A stretch of DNA of 64,000 nucleotides. Origin: Hyaloraphidium curvatum SAG 235-1. Taxonomy: Eukaryota; Fungi; Monoblepharomycota. Position 1 is the first letter of the stretch; every line of letters begins with the position of its first letter. The notes under the pieces are model-generated. The model was not told the origin of the DNA. It did not search any database and was given only the letters and a program-made list of their open reading frames with translations. The translations under genes and the position numbers were made by a program. Positions 44,540-56,710 of this stretch are shown piece by piece. Location of the stretch: contig JAIVFI010000003.1 in NCBI GenBank assembly GCA_025558095.1, forward strand, positions 1 to 64,000, given 5' to 3'.

Positions 44540-44691
44540 CGCCGGACCTGAGAACAAGAAATAAAGATAATCGCCAGCGTGCCTGCGGATTTAGCCAACC
44601 GCTCGGCGTCCCCAAGTAACCCCGAGTGAGCACGCGGAGGGATTTCCACTTTCGCGCCACCGTTTCTCTCTTTCGACGCGTCTTGGCCGAC

Positions 44692-47600
44692 ATGCCATTC
44701 GTGCTATCGCTCGGCCCGCGAGCGCTGCCGCCGCCGCGCCTGGCAAAGCTGCTGGCAGGCCTGGCCGCCGCGGCCTCGCCGGCACCGACCCGCGTCGCGG
44801 CCTACTATGTCCATTTCACGGACTCGAATATGGAGCTCGCGCCGGAATCCATGGACCGGCTGCGCGTTCTTCTTCATTACGGGACGAAGGAGGACAACGA
44901 GCCGGTGCCGAAGGACGATGCCGCCCTGCTTTCGTCCCTCTCGGCCCAGGATGCTCCCTCTCTGCCGGCGGGAAAGATGCTCCTGCTCGTGCTTCCCCGC
45001 GAAGGGACGATCTCGCCCTGGGCATCAAAGGCCACCGATATTGCCAGGTCGTGCGGCCTGCCCGGGATCCATAGGATCGAACGAGGCACGGCGTTCGTGC
45101 TCGATTTCGGGGGTGGCAAGGTGCCGGCCTTGGGCAAGTGGACGGAGCTTCTGCACGACCGGATGACGGAGCGGGTGATCACGTACGAGGAGTGGACGAC
45201 CCACGAGGGCGGTTGGAGCGGGGTCGTCTTCCGCACGGGTGAGCCAGCTCCTCGTATTCCCAGGATTATCGTCTGACCTCTCGCCGGTTCCAGCTTCCCC
45301 TAAGCCCCTCGCCCTCGTTCCATTGTTGCCGCCCGCGACGTCGCCGAAGCTGCCGCCTGAGGAGCTCCAGTCCCTGATCCTCTCCACTCTGACCGCCTAC
45401 AACGCCGCCAACGGCCTCGGCCTCGCACAGCCGGACCTGGACTACCTCGCCGCGCACTACCGCTCCGAGCTCGCGGAGCGGATCGCGCGCGGGGACGCGG
45501 ACCCGGCGGCCCTCGTGGAATCGGACGCGCTGCTGTTCATGTTCTCGCAGGTGCAGTCGGAGCACTGCCGGCACCACGTTTTCCGGGCTTCTTTCTCGTT
45601 TCCCGACAAACCGGGCGGCGCGCCCGTCGCGCGGGAGAAATCCCTTTTCGACATGATCCGGAACACCCACCAGCTCAACCCGGCTGGGACCAAGTCGGCG
45701 TACTCGGACAATGCGGCGGTGCTGGAGGGGCCCGGGGTCGTCGGGGGAAGGATGTGGAGGAAGCAGCCTGCGGCGCCAGGGGACAGGAAGAACGGGCGCG
45801 AGTGGTTCTTCAAGGATGACGAGGGAACAGACGTGGTCTGCAAGGTCAGTTGGAAAATAACTGGCCCTTTGTTCCTTTTGGTGGTCTGGTTGCTGATATT
45901 TGTCTACCAGGTCGAGACACACAACCACCCGACCCTCATCTCCCCCCACCCCGGCGCCTCCACCGGTTCCGGTGGCGAGATCCGCGACGAAGGCGCCGTC
46001 GGCTTCGGCTCGCGCCCCCTCTCTGGCCTCGTCGGCTTCCACACTTCCGACCTCCTGATCCCCGAGCATCGCCAGCCCTGGGAAATGCCCATCGGCAAGC
46101 CCTCCCACGTCGCCTCGGCGCTGGACATCATGCTCGCAGGCCCCATCGGCGCCGCATCGTTCAACAACGAGTTTGGCCGGCCCTGCCTGACGGGCTTCTT
46201 CCGCACCGTCACGCTGCCGGTCCCCGCCCCGGGGGGGAAGGAGGAGATCCGCGGGTACCACAAGCCCGTCATGCTCGCCGGTGGGATCGGCACCATCCGC
46301 CCGGCAATGGTGCACAAGCGGTTCGACGCCATCGGCGAGGGCACCCTGCTGATCGTCCTCGGCGGGCCGGGGATGCTGATCGGCCTTGGCGGCGGCGCCG
46401 CGAGCTCCAACGCGTCGGGATCGGGTGTCGCAGACGCGCAGCTCGACTTTGCCAGCGTGCAGAGGGGGAACCCCGAGATGCAGCGGCGGTGCCAGGAGGT
46501 TTTGGACCACCTTTCGACCTTGGACCCCGAAACGAACCCCGTGTTCTCGGTGCACGACGTCGGCGCGGGCGGTCTGTCTAACGCGCTGACGGAGCTGGTG
46601 GAGGATGCTGGGTGCGGGGGCAGGATCGAGATACGGGACGTCAAGGTGGACGAGGAGGGGATGAGCCCTATGGAGATCTGGTGCAACGAGTCGCAGGAGC
46701 GGTGGGTTGTTGAGATGTCGGTTCCCGGCCACCATTTGCTGACCGCATGTTTGCCAGATATGTCATGGCCCTTGATCCCAAGGGCCTGGAGCTCTTCGAG
46801 GCCATCTGCGCCCGGGAGCGTTGTCCCTTCTCGCTGGTCGGCAAGGCCACCAAGGAGCGGCGCCTCGTCGTCACGGACCGGCTTCTGGGACAGACGGTGA
46901 TTGACGTGGACATGGACGTGCTGTTCGGCAAGACTCCGCGGCGGAAGCGCGATGTCGGCGCAATCGAGTACCCGCTGAGCACCTTCCAGCTTTCGACCTG
47001 CCAACCGGATCAGCTGCCAGCCGAAGTGACCGGCCACCCGCTCATCGCCACCGCTGCTCTCCGCCTCCTTCACCTCCCCGCAATCGCCTCCAAGTCCTTC
47101 CTCGTCACCATCGGCGACCGTTCCGTTTCCGGCCTTGTCTCGCGCGAGCAGATGGTCGGCCCGTGGCAGGTCCCCCTCGCCGACGTGGCCGTCAATGTGC
47201 TCGGTTTCGACACCGTCCTCGGCGAGGCCTTTGCCACGGGAGAACGCCCGCTGGCCGCCATCTCGGACCCCGCCCGCTCGGCTCGCATGGCCGTCTGCGA
47301 ATCCCTGACCAACCTCGCCGCGGCGCACGTTCCTTCGGGCCTGGACCGCGTGCGCCTCTCGTGCAACTGGATGGCCGCCGCGGGCCACGGCGACGAGGCG
47401 CGGCGGCTCTATTTGGCCGTGGAGGCCGTGGGGATGGATCTGTGCCCCAAGCTCGGCGTCAGCGTGCCCGTGGGCAAGGACTCGGTGAGCATGAAGACGG
47501 CGTGGGAGGATCCGGCAAAGGGGCGGATCGAGGTCGTCGGTCCCGTGACGCTCTGCGTGAGCGCGTTCGGCGGGGTCGGCGACGTGCGGCTCACCTGGAC

Positions 47601-49065
47601 GCCCGACATCAAGAGGGCCGAGGGGACCGTGCTTGCGCTTGTGGACCTGGCCGCGGGCAAGAGGCGGCTGGGGGGATCGTGCCTCGCGCAGGTGTTTGGC
47701 AAGGCCGCGGCGGACGCGCCGGACTGCGACGACCCGGCGGCGTTCCGCGCCTGGTTCGCCGGCCTGATGCGCGAGGACGTGAGGAAGGCGGTGCTCGCGT
47801 ACCACGACGTTTCGGACGGCGGGTTGCTCATTGCAGTCGCCGAGATGGCCTTTGCGGGCCACTGCGGCGTGGATGTCGACGTCGCACCTCTCAAGGGCGG
47901 CGACGCTGCTGGATTGGACGCTCTTGCTGGGCTGCTCTTTGCCGAGGAGCTGGGCTGCGTTGTTCAGATCCGCGAGTCGGACCTTGCGCTCCTCAAGGAT
48001 GCTGTGCCCTGCCCGGTCACGGTCATTGGTCGACCTTCTTTCGGCGGCCAGCAGACGATTGCGTTCCGCGACGGGTCTGATGTTCTGCTTTCGGCACCCC
48101 GGGTCGCGCTGCACCGCGCGTGGGCGTCGACTTCGTACTGGATGCAGGCGCTCCGCGACGACCCCACCTGCGCAGCGGAGGAGTTCGACAACCTCCTGGA
48201 CGCCGAGGACCCTGGCCTACATTCCGTCGTCAAGTTCGACATCGCCGCGCCCGTTCCCAAGCCCACCTCGCTGGACGCCCGCCCCTGCGTGGCCATCCTC
48301 CGTGAGCAGGGCGTCAACGGGCACGTCGAGATGGCCGCGGCCTTCCTCTCGGTCGGCTTCGCCGCCGTGGACGTGCACATGAGCGAGATCATGGCCGGCG
48401 ACGTCGAGCTTTCTTCGTTCGTGGGGCTGGCGGCGTGCGGCGGCTTCTCGTACGGCGACGTCCTCGGCGCCGGTGCGGGCTGGGCCAAGAGCATCCTCCT
48501 CAACGAGGTCGCGCGTAAGGAGTTCTCGGACTTTTTCGGCATGCGCAAGGACACCTTCGTCCTCGGCGTCTGCAACGGATGCCAGATGGTGTCGGTGCTC
48601 AAGGACCTCGTCGGCGAGCCGCGCTGGCCAGCTTTTGTCCGCAACAGGTCGGAGCAGTTCGAGGCGCGCACCTCGATGGTCGAGATCGCCGAGGGCAACC
48701 CTTCGATATTCCTGAAGGACATGGGCGGCTCCCGGTTCCCCGTCGCCGTCGCGCACGGCGAGGGCCGCGCCGAGTTCGCCTCGGACGCGGACCTGGAGCA
48801 CTGCGTGACGGGCAACCTCGTCGCGATCCGGTACGTCGACAACCGCGGCCTTCCGACCGAGCAGTACCCGTACAACCCCAACGGCTCCCCGCGCGGCATT
48901 ACCGGCCTGTCGTCGGCGGATGGGAGGGCGCTGATCTTGATGCCGCACCCGGAGCGGTGCGTGCGCGCGGTGAGCAATTCGTGGAGGCCGGACGAGGGGT
49001 GGGGCAAGGACGAGGTGTCGCCGTGGCACAGGATGTTTGCCAACGCGAGACGCTGGGTTGGATGA
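44692..49065 (+). CDS. ADE6: phosphoribosylformylglycinamidine synthase (PurL/PFAS)
   Basis: PREGTISPWASKATDI, SEHCRH, KVETHNHPT, HDVGAGGLSNA, GKDSVSM, GGFSYGD, GVCNGCQ and MPHPER. Introns about 45239-45293, 45845-45910 and 46702-46757. Confidence 0.97.
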
Positions 49066-49427
49066 GGGGACGACGAGGTCGAGCCACGTCGTGTTTATGG
49101 TGCCGGGTCGCGGAAAAGACATAGAGATTGGGAATGAAACAATTATTCCTGGTATCCTGGCTCTGATTCGCCCGTCTTCGTCAAGCAGTATGTCCGTTGG
49201 TCGCTCCAGACCAGATGCTGCCGTCACATTTCCCGTTGTCGTGGGCTTGATCGTGACCCGAGGTGCACGGTCACCGATCTTCGGGCCCCGGAACAACTGA
49301 CCAATGTCCCCTGCTCTGCATGCTTTTGACCATCGAAGGCAACGAGCATTCATCTTTCGACAGTATGCATTGATTCGAACTTCGCTTCAATAGATATCAT
49401 AAAATTCAAACAACAGTGTAGCAAATG

Positions 49428-51612
49428 TCAAGACGCAGTCCGGGTCGAGCCGCTGCGCGTGCGGCTATACGAGTGGGACGGAGCGCCGGAGGAAGATGGG
49501 GCGGCCAAACTGCCACTAGTGCCGTCGGGTGCGGCGGTTGCGGTGGGCTGGAGCTTCTCCAGCTCCTCAACAAGCTCGAGGAAGGACGGCCGGCCTTCCG
49601 GATCCGTGGCCCAGCACTGCTTCATGAGCTTCCACACCGCGTCTGGGGTCCCGTTAGGCCGATTAGGCGTCTTCCCTTTCGTGATCAGAAGCATGATCGG
49701 TGCCGGAGGCAGACCGGGGAAAGGAATGGCTCCCCGACCAAACAGCTCAAACATGACCATGCCAAACGCCCAAACGTCCGATTTCTTGTGCACGTCCATG
49801 CCACGAAAGAGTTCCGGGGCCATGAAAATGGGTGTACCTCCGGCGTTCCCGGGTCTCATGGCAGATGCGCTGAGCCGGACCTGCGAGAGCCCGAAGTCAC
49901 TGATCATCGCGGTGCCCGCGTCATTGACCAAAACGTTCTCCGCCTTGAGGTCGCCGTGCAGACAGTCCTTGAAGTGGAGGTACGACATCCCCATCGCAAT
50001 ATCCAGCAGCAGCTTGGCGGCCAAATTGTGGTCCCAGCAGCGTGCTTCGAGGTACTCGCGAACATTTCCGTTCCGGATCAATTTCGTCACCATGAGCAGC
50101 TTGCCAGGCTCCGCCACGTATGCCATGAGAGGAAGAACTTATAGAGGGAGCCTGATGTGAGCAAATGCAAGGCGACCTCTTTGCGATTGCCGCGAAATCA
50201 CCTTTCGAATGATTTCCGACTCGATCCCAGCTCTTGATCTCCTGCTCAAAAGATTCCATCGCAGTTGACCGTCGTAGAACCTTAACTGCACATTCCTCCG
50301 TGACAAAGTAACGTCCTTCATAGACGTCTCCGAAGGAACCCCCTCCTAGCCATTTGTTTTCATCGTAGCTGACTGCCGACTTGTCAACTTTTCGCATCGA
50401 ACCGGCTTTTTCCATTAGCTCCTTTGCACGCTTCGTCAAGGCGAATTTCACGCGCTCCCGCGTAGGCTCATTGAGGAAATCGAGCCATTCGTCCGCCGTG
50501 TGCGTGCCCTGTCCGGTGAACCTGTCCACCTTTCGGCCATCAACCTCGTCGATCTTCCGCTTCGAGGTCAGGGTGATGTCGATCTTGTCCTGGTGCTGGA
50601 GCAGGAGATCCAGTGTGGATACTTGACCCTTGAATGCGGCGGCAACAAAAGGGGTGGTTCCAGTGTAGTCCCTGGCATTGAAATCGACACGATCACCAGT
50701 GAAGAAACGCTCCACAAGCCGATCTTTCCCCGATGCGCAAGCCATGAACAACGGTGTCGCATGGCTGGAATCCCGGGCATTGACGTCGAGACGCTTGCAT
50801 TCCAAGAGAAGCTCTACAACGGACAGGTGGTCTCCGAGGCACGCCAGATGTAGGCCAGATTGCCCAGAAAAGGCTTCACGTGCGTTCACGTCCACTCTGG
50901 AGCTAGGTTTGAGCAGCTCTGTCACTACTGCACGGTGACCTCTGGCACACGCAATAAGGAAGCCCGTCCGATTTGATCGAAGATCTTTCTCAGGGTTGAA
51001 ACCGTCAACGGCCAAACACTGACGAATGACCTTGATGTTGCCGGTCTCGCAGCCCGTCGTGAAACGCCTCATCAAGTGCCGTTCCTCCTCGGCGGACAGT
51101 TTAGGCTCAGAATCACTCTCCGAATGGTATCCGACGGGAGCAGAGTCCTTGTGGGTGCTTCGATCTCGTGACAACCTTCGTGGAGTCGGATTTGGGTCAA
51201 TCCCCCGTCCTGGGGTATCTTGTCGCGGAAACCGAGCGGCGAGTGGGGAGTCGGGTGGTCCGAAAAGGACCTCTTCAACTCCACTCGGCAAAGACGGCTG
51301 ATGAGAAGGAACATCCCGAGTCCTCTTTTCACGCGGAGACCGATCTGGAGTTGGGTAATCGGCGATGCGAGGACGAACCGGCGTCGAGTGCTCTGACGGC
51401 GCTTGGTGCTCCACGGGCGGTGATGCGGCGGCCAGCCGCGAGGCCGTGGAGAAGTACATGGTCAAGGAACCAAGGAGTGCAGGTACGATCCACGATAGGA
51501 GAGTCCGCACATCGTTCAACGTTGCGGCACGCGACAAGGTCCACAGAACTTGCACCGTGAACGCGGCCGCGATTGCACCTGCGACGAAGTGGACTGCTGA
51601 TCTCGACTGCAT
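49428..51612 (-). CDS. ankyrin-repeat tyrosine-kinase-like (TKL) protein kinase with two N-terminal hydrophobic segments
   Basis: Four to five ankyrin repeats; LGGGSFG, CAVK, HGDLKAENVLV, DFG, GTPIFMAPE and DVWAFG. One intron near 50144-50202. Confidence 0.88.
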
Positions 51613-51810
51613 CGTTTTGAGCGCGCAGCGGTGCCGCCAGAAGGTGCGGCTGCGCCTTGGTGAAGGCGATGGGAGGTGGCGTCGTGACGGGTGTGGCGCT
51701 TTGTTTGTCTCATCGAGATCCCCCGCAGACCTGTCCCTCACTGGCACTTACTGGAATGGAGCGAGTTGTTGTCAAAGAGCGAATCAATTTCAAGTCTGAA
51801 AGCTAATCCT

Positions 51811-53084
<1,274 letters not shown>

Positions 53085-53260
53085 CGTTGCTCGATCGGCG
53101 TCTGTGGAGGGAAGTGGGGCAGTTTTGGAGTGTCCCCCGCGGCGCGCGCGCGCGGCGAATCCTCGTCGTGGCGCTGCCTCGGCTCTATTCGGACCGGGAA
53201 CGCGACAATGGGACCGCAATAACTTGTTTTCAAGATCGACAGAGCGGATAGCCGGCAGAT

Positions 53261-54772
53261 CTAGAGCTTGGCGCCCCCGACGACGAGCGAGTTCATCTGC
53301 CTGATCTGCGCCGCGGCGCCCGAGACCATCTCGTCGATGATCTCCTTGGCGGGCTTGATCGAGTCGATCACGCCGGCGACCTGGCCCATGAGCAGCGGGC
53401 GGGCTGCAGGAAGGCGGGATCAGCGGGGTACGGGGGCCGCCGAAAAGCGCGGGGACCGACCCTCGATCATGAGCTTGGGGTCGACCTCGCCGCCGCCCTC
53501 CTTCTGCATGCGCTCCATGTCGTAGTTGACGGGGATGACGCCCGACGATGTGAGCTTCTTGATCTGGTCCGCCTTGTTCTCCTCCCAGTCGGCGATGTAC
53601 GCGTTCCTGAGCACCCGCATCGGCCTGCCCGTGAAGATGATGGTCCGCACCGTGTCGTGCACGCCCGCGTTGACCACGGCCTGCTTGTGCCGCGGCGGCG
53701 CGCCGGCCTCGACGGAGGCCACGAAGCGGGTGCCGACCCAGACGGCCTGCGCGCCCAGGGCGAGGGCCATGGCCAGGCCGCGGCCGTCGTAGATGCCGCC
53801 GGCGGCGATCACGTAGACGGGCTCGCCGGTGAGGGGGCTCTTGTGGCCCTTGCAGATGTCCACCACTGGGAGGACGTCATGTTAGATTCCGGCCGGTTGG
53901 AAGGGGCAGGTTGACGCACCCTTGGGGATCAGGATGGCGGTGCTGACGTCGCCCGTGTGGCCGCCGCCCTCGCCGCCCTGGGCGCAGATGATGTCGCACC
54001 CGGCCTCGATGGCCTTGAGGGCGTGCTTGGGCGCGCCGATCATGTTCATCACGGGGATCCCCGCCTTGTGCAGCTTGTCCACGGCCCACTTTGGCGGGAT
54101 GCCCACGGCCGACACGAACAGCTTGGCGCCGCCCTCGATGATGATGTCGATCAGCTCGGGGAGCTTGCCGCCCGTGTAGTCGTAGTTGGTCGCGCGGGCG
54201 TTGCCGCCGACCTGGGGGAGCAGCAGGTCCACGCCAAAGGGCGCGTTCTTGTCCACGAGGTTCTCCTTGATCTCGGCGATCTGGCGGCGCAGGAAGTCGG
54301 GGGTGTAGCCGACACCGCCGATGACGCCCATGCCGCCGGCGTTGGTGACGGCGGCGGCGAGCTCGGGGCTGTTTTCCGGGGGGGAGGGGGGTGAGCCGGC
54401 CCGCACGGAGAAATGGGATCGCGGCGGGGCACCAACCCAGCGGCGACGTTCATGCCGGCTGCAAATGGGAGTTTGGTAGGATATCATGGCGGGGGAAACG
54501 TCAGCATGTGCCTTCGTGGCCGCAATGGGAACGCCGGGGCCACGCACCGAGCAGGATGGGGTGCTGCGCGGGCGACACATCGGAAAGCGGGGGGAGCGGG
54601 CGGGCCGTAGGTGACCGCGGTCAGTACATTCCGGGAGCCGCGTCGGGGCGGCGGACCTTGATGCCAAACAGCTGCGGGGACGGCGAGTGAGCGACGCGGA
54701 CGGAACTCCGGCCGGCTATGCCCGGCGGCCCGGCGGACGCACCTTGGTCAGCGGCGTCGTGATGGTGGCCAT
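53261..54772 (-). CDS. nitronate monooxygenase / 2-nitropropane dioxygenase family flavoprotein
   Basis: HPILLAGMNVAAGPELAAAVTNAGGMG, QGGEGGGHTG, IAAGGIYDGRG and WVGTRF. The N-terminus is built from micro-exons. Confidence 0.93.
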
Positions 54773-55269
54773 CGTGAGGTCGGAGTGCGGCGGAAGAGGC
54801 GGGCGGGCGGCGGCAGGGGAGGGCGCGAGGTGCGTTCTTCTCTTTTGGAGCAGGGCCCAGCTCCGCGGCTCAATCACATGCCTCCGACCGGCTCGAAGTC
54901 CCGCCGACCGATCACCTTCGGATGGTCTCCCGCGCATCGGTCTCCTTGTGTCGTCCGGATGAGGCTTGGCTCCTAAACCTCTTCCTGCGTTCTGGATCGA
55001 TTTCGAGCCTTGAATGACCTGATGCACCGACTTGAGGCTGGGGGAAGACCGCCCGCGACGAACCCCAGGCTGCGGACCATATTCCTTCCATCCTTCCATC
55101 CAGGAAGCCTCCGACTCATCATCAGATATCTTGGACTGGTGTGCCGGAACCACAGAGAGGCAGGAACGCGATCGATCGTCGGCCCGAGTGCGCGAGGCAC
55201 CGCGGAAAGGGCGAGAGGACAACCAAACAAAGGTCTCCCACGCGCTCGAACGCGTCCCGTTTCGCGGCG

Positions 55270-56205
55270 ATGAACGAGGATAACCCTTTCTTCACGACGA
55301 TCGCCGGCTTCTCCGCCGGCGTGGTCGGCACCGTCCTCGGCTACCCGTTCGACAACGTCAAGACGCGGCTGCAGCTCCTCGCGGCCTCGTCGGCCCGCGC
55401 CCCCGCGGTCTCGGCCGTCGTGCGGGCGGTGTACCGCGGCGAGGGCGCGGCGGGGTTTTACCGCGGCGTGGCGTCGCCGCTGGTCGCGCTGACGCTGCTG
55501 AACACGGTCAACTTCTCGGCGTACGTGGCGGCGAGGCGGGCGTTTGGCGTGCAGGACGGAATCGTCGATTCGGGCGGGTTCGAGCCGCGCGTGCCGCTGG
55601 CGGGCGCGGCGGTGGGCCTCGTGGCGACGCTCATCTCGACGCCGTTCGAGCTGGTCAAGACACAGATGGTCCAATCCAACAACTCGGTTCGGGCCGGCAG
55701 CTCGGAAGCCCCGCGGTACCGCAACTCCCTGCACGCCGTCCGCCAGATCGCCTCCCGGTACGGCCCCGCGGCCCTGTTCCGCGGGTTCGCGGTCAACACC
55801 GCCCGCGAGGTGGCATTCCTCTCGACCTACTTTGGCGCCTACGAGCACGCCAAGGCGCTCATCTCCCGGGCGGCGGACCGCGCCGACCCGCGCTCGGATT
55901 CCGCCTTGCTGCACCGGATCGGGGTGCCCTTGGCAGGGGGGATCAGCGGGGCGCTGGGCTGGTTCCTCTCGTTCCCGCTGGACTGCGTCAAGTCCCAGAT
56001 CCAGGGCGCGCCGCCGGGGGCGGAGCGCAGATCGGCCGCCGAGATTGCGCGGGGGTTGTGGCGGGCAAAGGGGATCGGGGGGTTCTACTCGGGTGTGGTG
56101 CCGAGCGTGGCCAGGGCGTTTCTGGTGAGCAGCTCGCGGTTCACGGCGTACGAGGGGACGTTGTGGTTGCTGCACCGTTTGTGGGGCGACGGGTGGATGC
56201 GCTGA
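55270..56205 (+). CDS. mitochondrial carrier family protein (carnitine/ornithine/YMC-like), intronless
   Basis: Three PxDxxK motifs (YPFDNVKTRLQ, TPFELVKTQM, FPLDCVKSQIQ) and GFYRGVASPL. Confidence 0.92.
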   Translation: MNEDNPFFTTIAGFSAGVVGTVLGYPFDNVKTRLQLLAASSARAPAVSAVVRAVYRGEGAAGFYRGVASPLVALTLLNTVNFSAYVAARRAFGVQDGIVDSGGFEPRVPLAGAAVGLVATLISTPFELVKTQMVQSNNSVRAGSSEAPRYRNSLHAVRQIASRYGPAALFRGFAVNTAREVAFLSTYFGAYEHAKALISRAADRADPRSDSALLHRIGVPLAGGISGALGWFLSFPLDCVKSQIQGAPPGAERRSAAEIARGLWRAKGIGGFYSGVVPSVARAFLVSSSRFTAYEGTLWLLHRLWGDGWMR

Positions 56206-56710
56206 TCGATTGGACTGACGGTCCGAAGTGTCCATGGATCCCCTTGGGTGCGGCTCGCTTCCCGATCGCGAACAGTGCTTCTTTGCCTGCGGTCGAGGTG
56301 GGCACGGGCGGCAAGCAGGCGCGTCGTTAGCGGCTTGAGGGCTGTGTTTGGCCGACGTCGACCGGTGGGTCGAACGACGGAGGCGAGCCGGGCGGCGATC
56401 GACCCGGCGGACTACGCGTTCCCTGCCGAGTGACGGGCAGTAGCTGGCGGTGGCGGAGGCGGGGGTTGAGGCGTCCCCACGGCGGGAAGACGGGAATCCC
56501 GGGCATCAGCGCCTCGCAAGATACACACTGCCTTCCAGTACCGTGATGCTCGAATCATTCGGCTCTTAGTGGGGATTCCACGCGTTCGGTTGTGTGCCGT
56601 CCATCCCTCCCCTGGGTCCAACGGGCGGCGCCTTCGCGGGTGCAGCCGCGCACCGCGTTCTCCGCGGCCTCAGCGGGTGCACGGAGCCCGCCTTCCGCGC
56701 CACCGGCGCG

